DNA of 64,000 nt from positions 153-64,152 of the forward strand of contig CADCCR010000011.1 of NCBI GenBank assembly GCA_902799985.1, written 5' to 3'. The DNA comes from an uncultured Bacteroidales bacterium. Lineage in GTDB: Bacteria; Bacteroidota; Bacteroidia; Bacteroidales; Bacteroidaceae. This document shows, piece by piece, positions 55,987 through 64,000 of this stretch (the stretch's first letter is position 1; each line of letters begins with the position of its first letter). The notes beneath the pieces are model-generated. The model had not been told where the DNA came from, did not search any database, and was given only the letters and a program-made list of their open reading frames with translations. Made by a program: the position numbers and the translations under genes.

Positions 55987-57135
55987 TTAGAAATCGTTAA
56001 AGTCGTCGTTCTTTGCAGGCTGGATGGCGATGCACTCCATCTCGATGAGCCAGGCGGGACGGCAGACGGGGGCCAGGGTGAAGACGGTGGGGACGGCAGG
56101 ATACTTCTCGCTGAACATGCGGCTGACGGCTTCGTAGTCGGCTCCGTCGCGCAGGTAGACGATTATCTGTGCTGCGTTGTCCATCGTCATGCCGGCCTCG
56201 GCAAGCAGTGCCTCGACGTTCTCCCACATGCGGTGCGTCTGCTTCTCTATGTCGCCGGTGTGCATCACTTCGCCGTGGTTGTTGATGCTGGCTGTGCCGG
56301 AGATGAAGGCATGGTTGCGGTCGCCGAAGCGGAGGAGTGTGCCGCGCTCGAAGGTGACACCGTATTCGCTGGTGCGGTTCAGGTGGCTGGCGGCGTAGAG
56401 GTAGCGCTGTTGCTCAGGCTTGAAGCCGGTCAGGGCATAGCAGCCAAGCTGTATGAGCGCCTTGGGGTTGGAGGGGTTGCCGCCGATGCCTGTCGAGGCG
56501 ATGTAGTGCGTCTCGGGTGTGAGTCCGTGCATGGCGAAGTTCTCCCAACGGGCTACGACGAGGCCTTTGTACTGTGTATCGACGTCGCGCACGAAGAACC
56601 AGGTGCGGATGCAGTTGTCCTCCAGGGTGGCATGGTAGTCGGCGAGGAGCTGTTCGTACTCTTCGAGCAATGTCGTTGTCTGCACGTAGCTGGTGCCGTC
56701 GCTGGTGGTCATGCCCATCGTCCAGATGTGCTGATAGCCGTTGTGACGCACGACGGTGGAGCGCAGGCCGTCGGACACGGGAAGCACCTCTGTGCCTTGC
56801 TGCAGGTAAATCCACAGTGCCACTTTGCTGCCGTCGAGTGGCGGCTGCTGTATGTATGAGACGGTGCAGGCATCGTCCTGCTCCATGATGGGTTGCTGAT
56901 TGGTGGCGTCGGAGAGGAAGTAGCGTTTGAAGACGGGCTTGGCCCCCTTCATCTCCTCTGTTTCCGCCAGGATTGCCTCTGCCCGGCAAAGGCGGTGGTA
57001 TTGTCCGAGGAAGAATTCGCCGCGCGGCTCAACGCGCAGCATGGCGTGCCATTCTGCCACCTTGCCCTCCGGGGCAAACGTGGACAGTTCTATGCTGACA
57101 CCGAGCTCTTCCAAGGTTATTTTCTTGTATTGCAT
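55987..57135 (-). CDS. RidA/YjgF-domain protein with a long N-terminal region (FkbO/Hyg5-like chorismatase architecture, tentative)
   Basis: The C-terminal Rid-like segment is ...ISGTASINNHGEVMHTGDIEKQTHRMWENVEALLAEAG...IIVYLRD. The start at Met 57135 sits 24 nt below a -7 box. Confidence 0.65.
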   Translation of the reverse strand: MQYKKITLEELGVSIELSTFAPEGKVAEWHAMLRVEPRGEFFLGQYHRLCRAEAILAETEEMKGAKPVFKRYFLSDATNQQPIMEQDDACTVSYIQQPPLDGSKVALWIYLQQGTEVLPVSDGLRSTVVRHNGYQHIWTMGMTTSDGTSYVQTTTLLEEYEQLLADYHATLEDNCIRTWFFVRDVDTQYKGLVVARWENFAMHGLTPETHYIASTGIGGNPSNPKALIQLGCYALTGFKPEQQRYLYAASHLNRTSEYGVTFERGTLLRFGDRNHAFISGTASINNHGEVMHTGDIEKQTHRMWENVEALLAEAGMTMDNAAQIIVYLRDGADYEAVSRMFSEKYPAVPTVFTLAPVCRPAWLIEMECIAIQPAKNDDFNDF

Positions 57136-57158
57136 GTCGTATTGTGTGTTATAGTGTG

Positions 57159-57166
57159 CAAAGTTA
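57159..57166 (-). promoter_or_regulatory. -7 box (TAACTTTG on the minus strand)
   Basis: The plus strand reads CAAAGTTA, 24 nt upstream of the ATG at 57135. Confidence 0.5.
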
Positions 57167-57247
57167 CGAAAAAAAATCAGAATGTGAGGTTGTATGCTAT
57201 AAAAATTATCTTCTTTCAAGGGAACAGCGACACTTTCCTCCGTGTCG

Positions 57248-57345
57248 GGCGCCCTGAGCTTATCCCAGAAGCGCCCCGTGCTTATTTCGGAAGCGCCTCG
57301 CGCTTATCTCGGAAGCGCAGGGCGCTTATTTTGGAAGCGCAGGCA
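57248..57345. repeat. 22-bp hairpin array (about 4 units) just downstream of the stop at 57359
   Basis: Units start at 57271, 57293 and 57315 (gcgccccgtgcttatttcggaa, gcgcctcgcgcttatctcggaa, gcgcagggcgcttattttggaa). Confidence 0.9.
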
Positions 57346-57358
57346 GGATATGCCGGAG

Positions 57359-58108
57359 CTAAGGTTTGAGTTGCTCTATCCACTGGTCGATGAGGGCGGA
57401 CACCTCCTCGAGGTTCGTCTTGAACTGACTGCTGAGGATTTCCGTGTGGTTGTGCGAGAGCAGGTCTTCGCCGCCTTCCCTCAGGATGAGATGGAGGAGC
57501 GAAGCCTCTGCATTGCCGCTCTCCACGCGCATGTAGCCCGTGCGGCGTGTGCTGGGCACGTCCACCAGTGCGGCATAGGCATTGCCTTCGGTCAGGGTGA
57601 GACCTGCTGCCGAACGTCCGTTGGCACCGTGGCACTGGATGCAGGCGCGGTTGAAGAGTCCCATCTGCAGCACGCCGGTCTGTCCCACATCGACCTGCCC
57701 GAGGTCGAGACGAATCGTGTCGCGTGTGCCGTAGTCCCGGTAGTCGTTCATGTTGATGGTGGCCAGCGTGATGATACGCTTGCGCAAGGAGTTGGTCAGG
57801 GCCAGCTCCACGGTCTGCACATCGTCCGAGAGATTGGAGAGGGTGATGCTGAGGGGTGTGCCGTTGCCTATCGTGGCGGGCAGTGCACGTTGCACCTGGG
57901 CAAACTTGCTGTCGGCGGTGAAGCCGGCCACGGCCAGTGTGTAGTCGGTGCCGTCCCACTCCCCGATGCCGCTCACCCGTGCCGTCAGCTCCACGGTGTA
58001 GCCTTTCTCGTCGACCGTATAGACCTTCTCCGCGATGTCGCCGCTGTCGCAGGACGCGAGCGCGACACAGCAACAGACAATATATATATAATAATGTATG
58101 GACTTCAT
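57359..58108 (-). CDS. Lipoprotein with one c-type heme motif (Planctomycete-cytochrome-c-like domain)
   Basis: Lipobox VALASC. The heme region reads FNRACIQCHGANGRSAAGLTLTEGNAYAALVDVPS...ESGNAEASLLHLIL. Confidence 0.75.
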   Translation of the reverse strand: MKSIHYYIYIVCCCVALASCDSGDIAEKVYTVDEKGYTVELTARVSGIGEWDGTDYTLAVAGFTADSKFAQVQRALPATIGNGTPLSITLSNLSDDVQTVELALTNSLRKRIITLATINMNDYRDYGTRDTIRLDLGQVDVGQTGVLQMGLFNRACIQCHGANGRSAAGLTLTEGNAYAALVDVPSTRRTGYMRVESGNAEASLLHLILREGGEDLLSHNHTEILSSQFKTNLEEVSALIDQWIEQLKP

Positions 58109-58295
58109 AGGTGTTGTTTTTCTCTCGTTCTGACGTTCCGGTGGCGTAATGTTCTTCCGTTCCGTGGGCGTAATGTTCTGGTCTTCTGGCGTTATAACGT
58201 TATAATGTCATATCGTTATCACGAGCGCCAGGATGTTTTTATGCGCGCCGGGATGTTATCACGCACATCGGGATGTCATTGCGAGCCTTTCGATT

Positions 58296-59621
58296 TCAGA
58301 AACTATACTGCAGCTGTATGGTGGCAGCGTGCGTGCTGATGCCCAGGTCGTCGTTGTCGCGGTCGAGCTGAGTGGCGTGTCCGTAGCGTCCCGTGAACTG
58401 GTACATGGCCGAAAGCTTCAGGTTGCACTTGTTCACGTAGTAGTTCACGACGGCAGCCGGCATGTTCAGGATGCCGTCCTTGCCCGAACCGTTGCGGTCC
58501 AGGAAGTCGTAGCGCAGACCGGCCTGAATGCTTCTCGTGAAGAAGTAGCCCACCTGAGCGTAGGCTCCCCAGTAGTTGAACGCCTGGTCTATCTTCTGCC
58601 GGTCCGTGAAGCTGACGTGCATCCAGTAGCCTTCGGCGGCAGCGTACCAGCGTCCGTAGAGCATGCTCCATTCCAGGCCGAGGCGCGTGTCGTTGGTGCT
58701 TTCGCTCTCGCTCTCCACGTTGATGCCTCCGCTCAGGCCGAACAGCATGTGCCGCCCTTGGAGCATGTGGCTGTTGCCTTGCGTGGCAGGCATATTGCCC
58801 CAAGGCATGAAGGTGAGCCGGCCGGCATAGAGCAGCGAGGGGATGTGTGCATCGTCGGAAAGGGTCTTCGTGGCTGTGTTCACGCCGCTGCCGGTGCCAT
58901 TCCACAGTCCCACCTCGTAGCCCATCATCCAGCTGTTCTCCTTGCGGTTCAGCTTGGCTTTGCCATGGAACTGGAAGCCCAGGTCGAAGCCCGTGCCGAT
59001 GGTGGGAGTCACGGCGTTGAGGCTATAGGGCATGATGGTGGAGGCCGTCAGCGAAGTGGGCAGGGTGGGGAAGAGCGTCTCGCCCAGCGTGGTGAGGTAG
59101 GCATGGAAGAACGGCGTCTTGAACTTGCCGGCACGGAAGCGAGCGGCAGGCGACAGACGGTAGTCCACCCAGGCCTGCTGCAGGACGTTGCCGCCCGTGG
59201 CAGCCGCATTGATGCTCAGGTTGTAGTCGAGCCGCCCGAAGGTAGTGCCCGTGAAGCCCAGGATGGCGTAGGGCATCGAGAAGCCCGAGTTCGCCACATT
59301 GTCCTGGTTGTAGGCCTTGTCCAGTCCCTCGTCGTCGTAATAGTGGAACTGTCCCCTTGTCTGCAGGAAGAGGTATGGCTTGAAGATGAAGCGTCCGTCG
59401 CGCGACTGGAGCGTGAAGCCGCGGTCGTCGGCAATGCCCAGCACGCCGTTCTCCATGTCGATGCGGTCCGTCTGTTGCTGCAGGTCGGCACTCTGCAGGT
59501 TGTACTTCTCGAAGGTGATGCCCTTGCCTTTCGCAGGAGCAGGATTCTCTTTCTCGTTCTCCTCTGCCCATGTCGGCATGGCGAGGAGGGTTGCTAATAG
59601 CAGTATGTATGTCTTTTTCAT
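58296..59621 (-). CDS. Outer-membrane porin (phosphate-selective porin O/P-like)
   Basis: Signal peptide MKKTYILLLATLLAMPTWA, beta-strand periodicity, and a terminal ...ATIQLQYSF. Confidence 0.7.
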   Translation of the reverse strand: MKKTYILLLATLLAMPTWAEENEKENPAPAKGKGITFEKYNLQSADLQQQTDRIDMENGVLGIADDRGFTLQSRDGRFIFKPYLFLQTRGQFHYYDDEGLDKAYNQDNVANSGFSMPYAILGFTGTTFGRLDYNLSINAAATGGNVLQQAWVDYRLSPAARFRAGKFKTPFFHAYLTTLGETLFPTLPTSLTASTIMPYSLNAVTPTIGTGFDLGFQFHGKAKLNRKENSWMMGYEVGLWNGTGSGVNTATKTLSDDAHIPSLLYAGRLTFMPWGNMPATQGNSHMLQGRHMLFGLSGGINVESESESTNDTRLGLEWSMLYGRWYAAAEGYWMHVSFTDRQKIDQAFNYWGAYAQVGYFFTRSIQAGLRYDFLDRNGSGKDGILNMPAAVVNYYVNKCNLKLSAMYQFTGRYGHATQLDRDNDDLGISTHAATIQLQYSF

Positions 59622-59627
59622 AAAAGA

Positions 59628-59659
59628 AATTATGAATTATGAATTAATAATTATGAATT
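59628..59659. repeat. Octamer tandem repeat (ATTATGAA family) upstream of the porin start
   Basis: aattatgaattatgaattaataattatgaatt. Confidence 0.8.
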
Positions 59660-59661
59660 GC

Positions 59662-61173
59662 TTAGAGGCTCTCCAGGAACTTGACGAGTGCCGAGCGGTC
59701 GTCCTTCGTCATGCTGGCAAAGATGTTCTTGCTGGCTTCGCCTTCGCCGCCGTGCCACATGATGGCTTCGGTCAGGTTGCGGGCGCGGCCGTCGTGCAGG
59801 AAATAGGTGTGGGCATTGACCTTCTCCTGCAGTCCGATGCCCCAGAGCGGCGTGGTGCGCCACTCGTTGCCGCGTGCCAGACCGCTGACATAATTGTCGT
59901 TCAGGCCGACGCCCATCAGTTCGCTGCCCATATCGTGGAGCAGGTAGTCGCTGTAGGGATGAATGGTTTGTCCGCCCAGCCACGGGAGCTCTGTGCCATT
60001 GAGAAGCGTTGCGCCGCGAGGACGGGTGTGGAGCGTGGTGACGTGGCAAAGGTGACACTTCGCCTCGTAGAACTTCTGTTCGCCGATGCTGACCAGCTCC
60101 CGCTCCGTAATGGTGCGTCCCTGGTAGGCTGCCGGCTGTCGCGTGCTGCCCAGGCGCCGTGCCGGCACACCCAGTCCGTGCAGGTAGAAGTCCACGTCCT
60201 CCATGTCTTCGGTTGTGACGTCGAGCTGGTCGTAGAGCAATCCCATCATGGAACCTTCCTGCATCTGCGTTTGTCCTTCGCAAATCTTCTCCGGGTAGCG
60301 GCTGTTCGTGGCGCCCATGTCGGAGGAGAAGCCCAGCTCAACCGTCAGGTCGGCGTGCTGTGCCTTGTTGCCCGACAGACCGAGTTGCCGGATGCCGCGC
60401 TCGACGATGTAGTTGCAGCGGCCGCTGATGCCGTACTCCGGGTAGTTCGACTTCGCCGCAAGCTGTTCTATCTCGTTGCGGTCGAGGGCCATCATCTGTC
60501 CCATGCCGACGTGCCGCAAGGGGATGCGCACCGTGCAGAAGAGGTCCTCGGGCCTGATGTCTTCGTCCGTATCGCGGTACTTCGGCTTGTACCAGTCCGT
60601 GATGGTGTACTCGGGATAGGCCAGGCTGTACGTCTCCCCGTCGGGGAACGCGAACTGCTGCTCGTGCCAGCGGCATTCCAGTTTGCCTTCGGCGCTCACA
60701 CCATAGATGCTCTGGTCGTGGAGCACGCGCCCGTAGTTCTGGAAGAAGGCGCCGTTCTTGCGGGTGATATATACCAGCATGGAGCTGAAACCGTAGGCGC
60801 CTGAACCATAGACAGGCGTGCCGTCGGGGTCGGTGCCGGTCTGCGTCCAGAGTGCAGGCTTCGTGCGTCCGGCATTGCGGTGGCACGAGCCGCAGGAGTA
60901 GCCGGCATAGACAGGACCGAGACCCGCCTTTTGCGTCAGCACATCGTCGTAGAGGCCGTCGCCGTTGATGAAGCGTCGCGAGTTGGCCTTCACGTTCTCC
61001 ACCCACGGTGCATCCGTGTCGTAGGCGAACGAAGAGTTGACGAAGACCGTGCTGCTGCCTGCGCTCAGGGCATAGCCGCTGGGCACGCTGAAGTCTTCGG
61101 CAGTAAAGCAATCATCCTCCTTGTCGCAGGCGGCAAGGAGGAAGAGAGCAAGGAACAATATGTTCTTGTTCAT
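59662..61173 (-). CDS. Di-heme oxidoreductase family lipoprotein (DUF1111, 'thiol oxidoreductase'-like)
   Basis: The Met at 61173 gives MNKNILFLALFLLAACDKEDD. There are two CxxCH motifs (YSCGSCHRN, AKCHLCHV). The longer ORF to 61341 only translates the upstream repeat. Confidence 0.85.
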   Translation of the reverse strand: MNKNILFLALFLLAACDKEDDCFTAEDFSVPSGYALSAGSSTVFVNSSFAYDTDAPWVENVKANSRRFINGDGLYDDVLTQKAGLGPVYAGYSCGSCHRNAGRTKPALWTQTGTDPDGTPVYGSGAYGFSSMLVYITRKNGAFFQNYGRVLHDQSIYGVSAEGKLECRWHEQQFAFPDGETYSLAYPEYTITDWYKPKYRDTDEDIRPEDLFCTVRIPLRHVGMGQMMALDRNEIEQLAAKSNYPEYGISGRCNYIVERGIRQLGLSGNKAQHADLTVELGFSSDMGATNSRYPEKICEGQTQMQEGSMMGLLYDQLDVTTEDMEDVDFYLHGLGVPARRLGSTRQPAAYQGRTITERELVSIGEQKFYEAKCHLCHVTTLHTRPRGATLLNGTELPWLGGQTIHPYSDYLLHDMGSELMGVGLNDNYVSGLARGNEWRTTPLWGIGLQEKVNAHTYFLHDGRARNLTEAIMWHGGEGEASKNIFASMTKDDRSALVKFLESL

Positions 61174-61180
61174 GATGTAT

Positions 61181-61273
61181 GGTGTTATGGAACTTATGTG
61201 TCCTATGGGGCCAATGGGTCTTATAGACCTTATGGGTGCTATAGGACCGGTAGGAGTCAGGGGGTTGATGGGT
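61181..61273. repeat. 9-bp-period repeat (NNNNNTATG-like, about 10 units) filling the whole intergenic spacer
   Basis: ggtgttatg gaacttatg tgtcctatg gggccaatg ggtcttata gaccttatg ggtgctata ggaccggta ... Confidence 0.8.
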
Positions 61274-62506
61274 TTATTTGTTTCCAACTGTTCTGGGCTG
61301 TCCGTTCTTGAAGAGCAGGAACTCCAGGGTGTGGAAGCCACGGATGCTTTGTGCCTCGGCTATCTCTTCGGCGTGCTTGCTCATGTTGCCGTTCTCGTCC
61401 TCGCCTTCAAACTCGCCGTCCCATTCCATGCCCGAGAAGTCGCCGCTGGAGAGGACGTTCTTGATGGCATCCTGGTCGAGTGGCCATGAGTCCATGTTCG
61501 GGTCGAGGCCAAGCTCGTCGACGGGACCGAAGAGGAACGCCTCGCTCGATTCCCAGGGCTGACGAGCTGCCATCCAAGCCTTTGCCGCAGCTTCGAAGGT
61601 TGAGGTGGAGGGGTTTGCCTTCAACTGCTGCACGGTATTGTGCAGGTTGGCGTTCGCTGTGGCCAGGTCTCTGTAGGTGGGCAGCACGACGACGTCAACG
61701 TAGTCGGCCACGATGTTCCTCAGCTCTTCCTCGTTATCGAAGTTCTCCACTTCAGCCTTGAGCGTTCGGAGCACGCTCTTCAGCCTGTCGCATGCCTCCA
61801 TAGCGGTGAGGACGGTGGGGTTGCCGATGTGGTTGCGGAAGGGTGCAGCCATGCCTTCGATGGCAACAATGGCAGCAACGATGCGGTCGTTGACGTCCTT
61901 GGCAAGTTCCGCCTGTGCGTTCTTCGAGAGGTAGGCGGCAATGCTGTGCTGGCCTTGCTTGCCGTTGTAGGTGCAGAAGAATGCGTTCTGGATGGAGCGG
62001 ATGTTGTTGGCGTAGTCCTGGATGGAGTGGTAGCTGTACCATGACTCGACGGCGTAGACGGCTTCGGTGTAAAGCTTGTTCTCCCACTTGTCGCGCGGGT
62101 CGCCTATCTTGCTCTCGCCCACTTCGTTGGCAATGTCGATGCAGCCGTCCAGTATCTGCTCGATGCAGTCGTTGTAGCTGTGGTAGGCTCCCTTTGCCTC
62201 CTTGAAGGTTGTCTGGAATGCTTCGTCGCCGTTCAGGCCTTCGTTCCATGCCTTGTAGAGCGTCTCGGCATCGTTCTTCAGGTGCGAGGAAACGGCTTCC
62301 GCATAGTTGCCCCAGTTGGCTTGGTAGCGCGGGTCGTTGTAGTCGGCGTCGGTCTCGTTGATGGTGACGCGCGGGTCGCTGGTGCCTTCGGGCATTGTTG
62401 TTACATCGGGGTCGACGATGTTGTTGTTGTCGTCGTCGTTCTTGCTGCAGGAAGTGACGGTAGCGGCAAGGGCCATGAGGCCAAGGATAAAGATGTTCTT
62501 TTTCAT
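61274..62506 (-). CDS. Imelysin family lipoprotein (peptidase M75-like)
   Basis: Lipobox TVTSC followed by SKNDDDNNN, and the family HxxE motif in RGFHTLEFLLF. Confidence 0.8.
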   Translation of the reverse strand: MKKNIFILGLMALAATVTSCSKNDDDNNNIVDPDVTTMPEGTSDPRVTINETDADYNDPRYQANWGNYAEAVSSHLKNDAETLYKAWNEGLNGDEAFQTTFKEAKGAYHSYNDCIEQILDGCIDIANEVGESKIGDPRDKWENKLYTEAVYAVESWYSYHSIQDYANNIRSIQNAFFCTYNGKQGQHSIAAYLSKNAQAELAKDVNDRIVAAIVAIEGMAAPFRNHIGNPTVLTAMEACDRLKSVLRTLKAEVENFDNEEELRNIVADYVDVVVLPTYRDLATANANLHNTVQQLKANPSTSTFEAAAKAWMAARQPWESSEAFLFGPVDELGLDPNMDSWPLDQDAIKNVLSSGDFSGMEWDGEFEGEDENGNMSKHAEEIAEAQSIRGFHTLEFLLFKNGQPRTVGNK

Positions 62507-62538
62507 GTTATTGTTTTTTAGTGTTATGTATGTTCGGT

Positions 62539-63957
62539 TTATTCGGACAGTCTTTTCAGCTCGTCCAGCTGTTGTTGCATTTCTGCGAGGCGTTGCTGCA
62601 TGTCGTGCAGGTCGGTTTCCTTTGCTGCTCTCTTGGCAGCGCGGTTTTCGCGGATGCGTGCTGCTGTGCGGTCGGTGAAGAACCAGCCTGTGAAAGCTAC
62701 GCCCAGGGCGAACTCATTCTCGCTGTTGTAACGGCCTCCGCCTATGCGACGCGTGGTGTAGTCGGCCTTGATGATAACCCAGGGAATGGGACGATAGTTG
62801 AGTCCGGCCGTCCACATGGAAGTCTTGAGGCGTGCGTCCATCGTTTGCATGGCTTCGCCAACCTCCTGTGCGTTGTAGTATTCATAGCGTACGAAGGGGA
62901 TGATGTCCGGCATCTTCCAGGCGGAGAGGATGTTCCTGAGGCGCAGACCGCCCTCGATGCCGTAGCTGACGGCCTTGCTTGCTATGGGAGCCGTCTTGCT
63001 GTAGGGGCTGGCATTGCTCTGGCGGCGGTTGCGGGCGCTGAGCTGCGTGGAGTTGCCCACCTTGCCGCTGAGGATGTTGCCGCGCACGATGCCGTAGCGA
63101 TGCTGGTACTGAGCGTCGACGCTCCACAAGTTGACCGGGACGTCGAAGCTATAGGTGGTGGGCTTGTCGGCATTCGAGGCAGCGTTCTGGACGTGGTACC
63201 AGCTTGCACCGAGACGCAGGCCGGGCACGCCGGTATAGTTGATGCGGGCCACGTAGCCGGGCGACGTGAAGTTGTCCACCTCAAAGAAGCCTTGCTTGCC
63301 TTTCTTCACCCAGTTGTTGCGGTCGAAGCCGTTCGCATTGAGTCCTGCCACAATCTGTGCCTCCCAATTGAAGGAAGCCCAGCGGCGACCCACCTGTCCG
63401 AAGAAGCTGAGGCCCGTCTCGTGCCATGTGTTGGGGATGATGCTTGTCTCGCCTTCGGGGCGCACCGTGCCGAAGAAGTTAATGGGTTCGTGGTGCGCAT
63501 TGTTCAGTCCGACGGGCACAATGAAGTGTCCCGCGCGTACATTAAAATACTGGTTGAGGTGGTAGGTGAGGTGGAACTGTTCGATGGCCACCTCGCCGCC
63601 CTTCTCCACTTCTGTCTCGTATTCGCCGTTCTCCGAGTTCTCTATCTCGTAGGCCGAGCCAGTGCCTCCGCTCTCGAACTCCACCTCCAGGCCGATGTTC
63701 CAGTGGCGTCCGAACTTATAGTCGCCGGCCAGTACGAATCGCGGAATGGCGATGGTGTTGCGATGCAAGCGCGTGTTGCCCTCGCTGCCGCCGTAGAAGC
63801 GGTTGGTGCCGTAGTCCTTGAAGGCGGCCACCACCTCGCCGTAGCCGCCGATGCGGTAGCGCTGGTAGGAGTCAATCTCGGTGGAGTCGGTGTTCCATTG
63901 TGCCGAAGCTGTGCCGGCTGAAAGCAGCAGAAGTGCTGCAAGAAGAGTTCTGTTCAT
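62539..63957 (-). CDS. Outer-membrane beta-barrel-like protein with a C-terminal coiled-coil extension
   Basis: Signal peptide MNRTLLAALLLLSAGTASAQ. The barrel-like body ends ...LGVAFTGWFF, followed by about 50 aa of TDRTAARIRENRAAKRAAKETDLHDMQQRLAEMQQQLDELKRLSE. Confidence 0.7.
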   Translation of the reverse strand: MNRTLLAALLLLSAGTASAQWNTDSTEIDSYQRYRIGGYGEVVAAFKDYGTNRFYGGSEGNTRLHRNTIAIPRFVLAGDYKFGRHWNIGLEVEFESGGTGSAYEIENSENGEYETEVEKGGEVAIEQFHLTYHLNQYFNVRAGHFIVPVGLNNAHHEPINFFGTVRPEGETSIIPNTWHETGLSFFGQVGRRWASFNWEAQIVAGLNANGFDRNNWVKKGKQGFFEVDNFTSPGYVARINYTGVPGLRLGASWYHVQNAASNADKPTTYSFDVPVNLWSVDAQYQHRYGIVRGNILSGKVGNSTQLSARNRRQSNASPYSKTAPIASKAVSYGIEGGLRLRNILSAWKMPDIIPFVRYEYYNAQEVGEAMQTMDARLKTSMWTAGLNYRPIPWVIIKADYTTRRIGGGRYNSENEFALGVAFTGWFFTDRTAARIRENRAAKRAAKETDLHDMQQRLAEMQQQLDELKRLSE

Positions 63958-64000
63958 AGCTTTTTTTCTTTTTCTAGGCTTTACTAGGCTTTTCTAGGTT

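Noticed and set aside
61174-61341. N-terminal extension of the DUF1111 ORF (MASTPWSS...PIGPIGHISSITPYI)
   Set aside because: The extension translates the 9-bp intergenic repeat and overlaps the imelysin 3' end. The internal Met at 61173 gives a standard lipoprotein signal.

Overview
The window looks like chromosomal DNA from a high-GC member of the Bacteroidota, probably Prevotellaceae. This placement is an inference from three things: TAnnTTTG-type -7 promoter boxes, T9SS-type C-terminal sorting tails, and the gene order guaB / PpiC-SurA / OstA-like / mutL. I call about 45 protein genes and see no rRNA, tRNA, CRISPR array, integrase or transposase.

Housekeeping genes: trpS, mutL, mutS, guaB, secDF, lgt, ychF, an HU gene and two SurA/PpiC-type isomerases.

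Glycan genes: a frameshifted GH36, GH92, GH30 and a NamZ-like DUF1343 gene.

Envelope and surface genes:
- several T9SS-tailed proteins;
- a 1,699-aa coiled-coil lipoprotein directly upstream of an OmpA-family gene;
- a cluster of imelysin, di-heme DUF1111 protein, a porin-like protein, a second outer-membrane protein and a cytochrome c lipoprotein;
- a NapH/NapG-like polyferredoxin next to a Tat-signal aldo/keto reductase.

Most interesting points:
1. The lower-GC block at about 28.2-38.7 kb, centred on the giant lipoprotein and OmpA pair.
2. A GC-rich palindromic repeat with at least 10 copies. It sits in frame inside four or five unrelated genes, reminiscent of Rickettsia palindromic elements.
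3. A second repeat architecture, hairpins whose arms are short tandem repeats. One copy is in frame in the MutL linker, and a pair flanks a four-helix-bundle (23S-IVS-type) gene between ychF and lgt.
4. Dispersed tandem arrays with a strict 22-bp period, mostly just downstream of stop codons.
5. A 34-codon ORF that is essentially a lipoprotein signal peptide plus three residues, translationally coupled to the gene downstream of an HU-HIG gene.
6. Two paralogous 55-60 aa ORFs downstream of paralogous surface-protein genes.
7. Three genes broken by frameshifts.

All functional calls come from motifs read by eye in the supplied translations. No database search was run.
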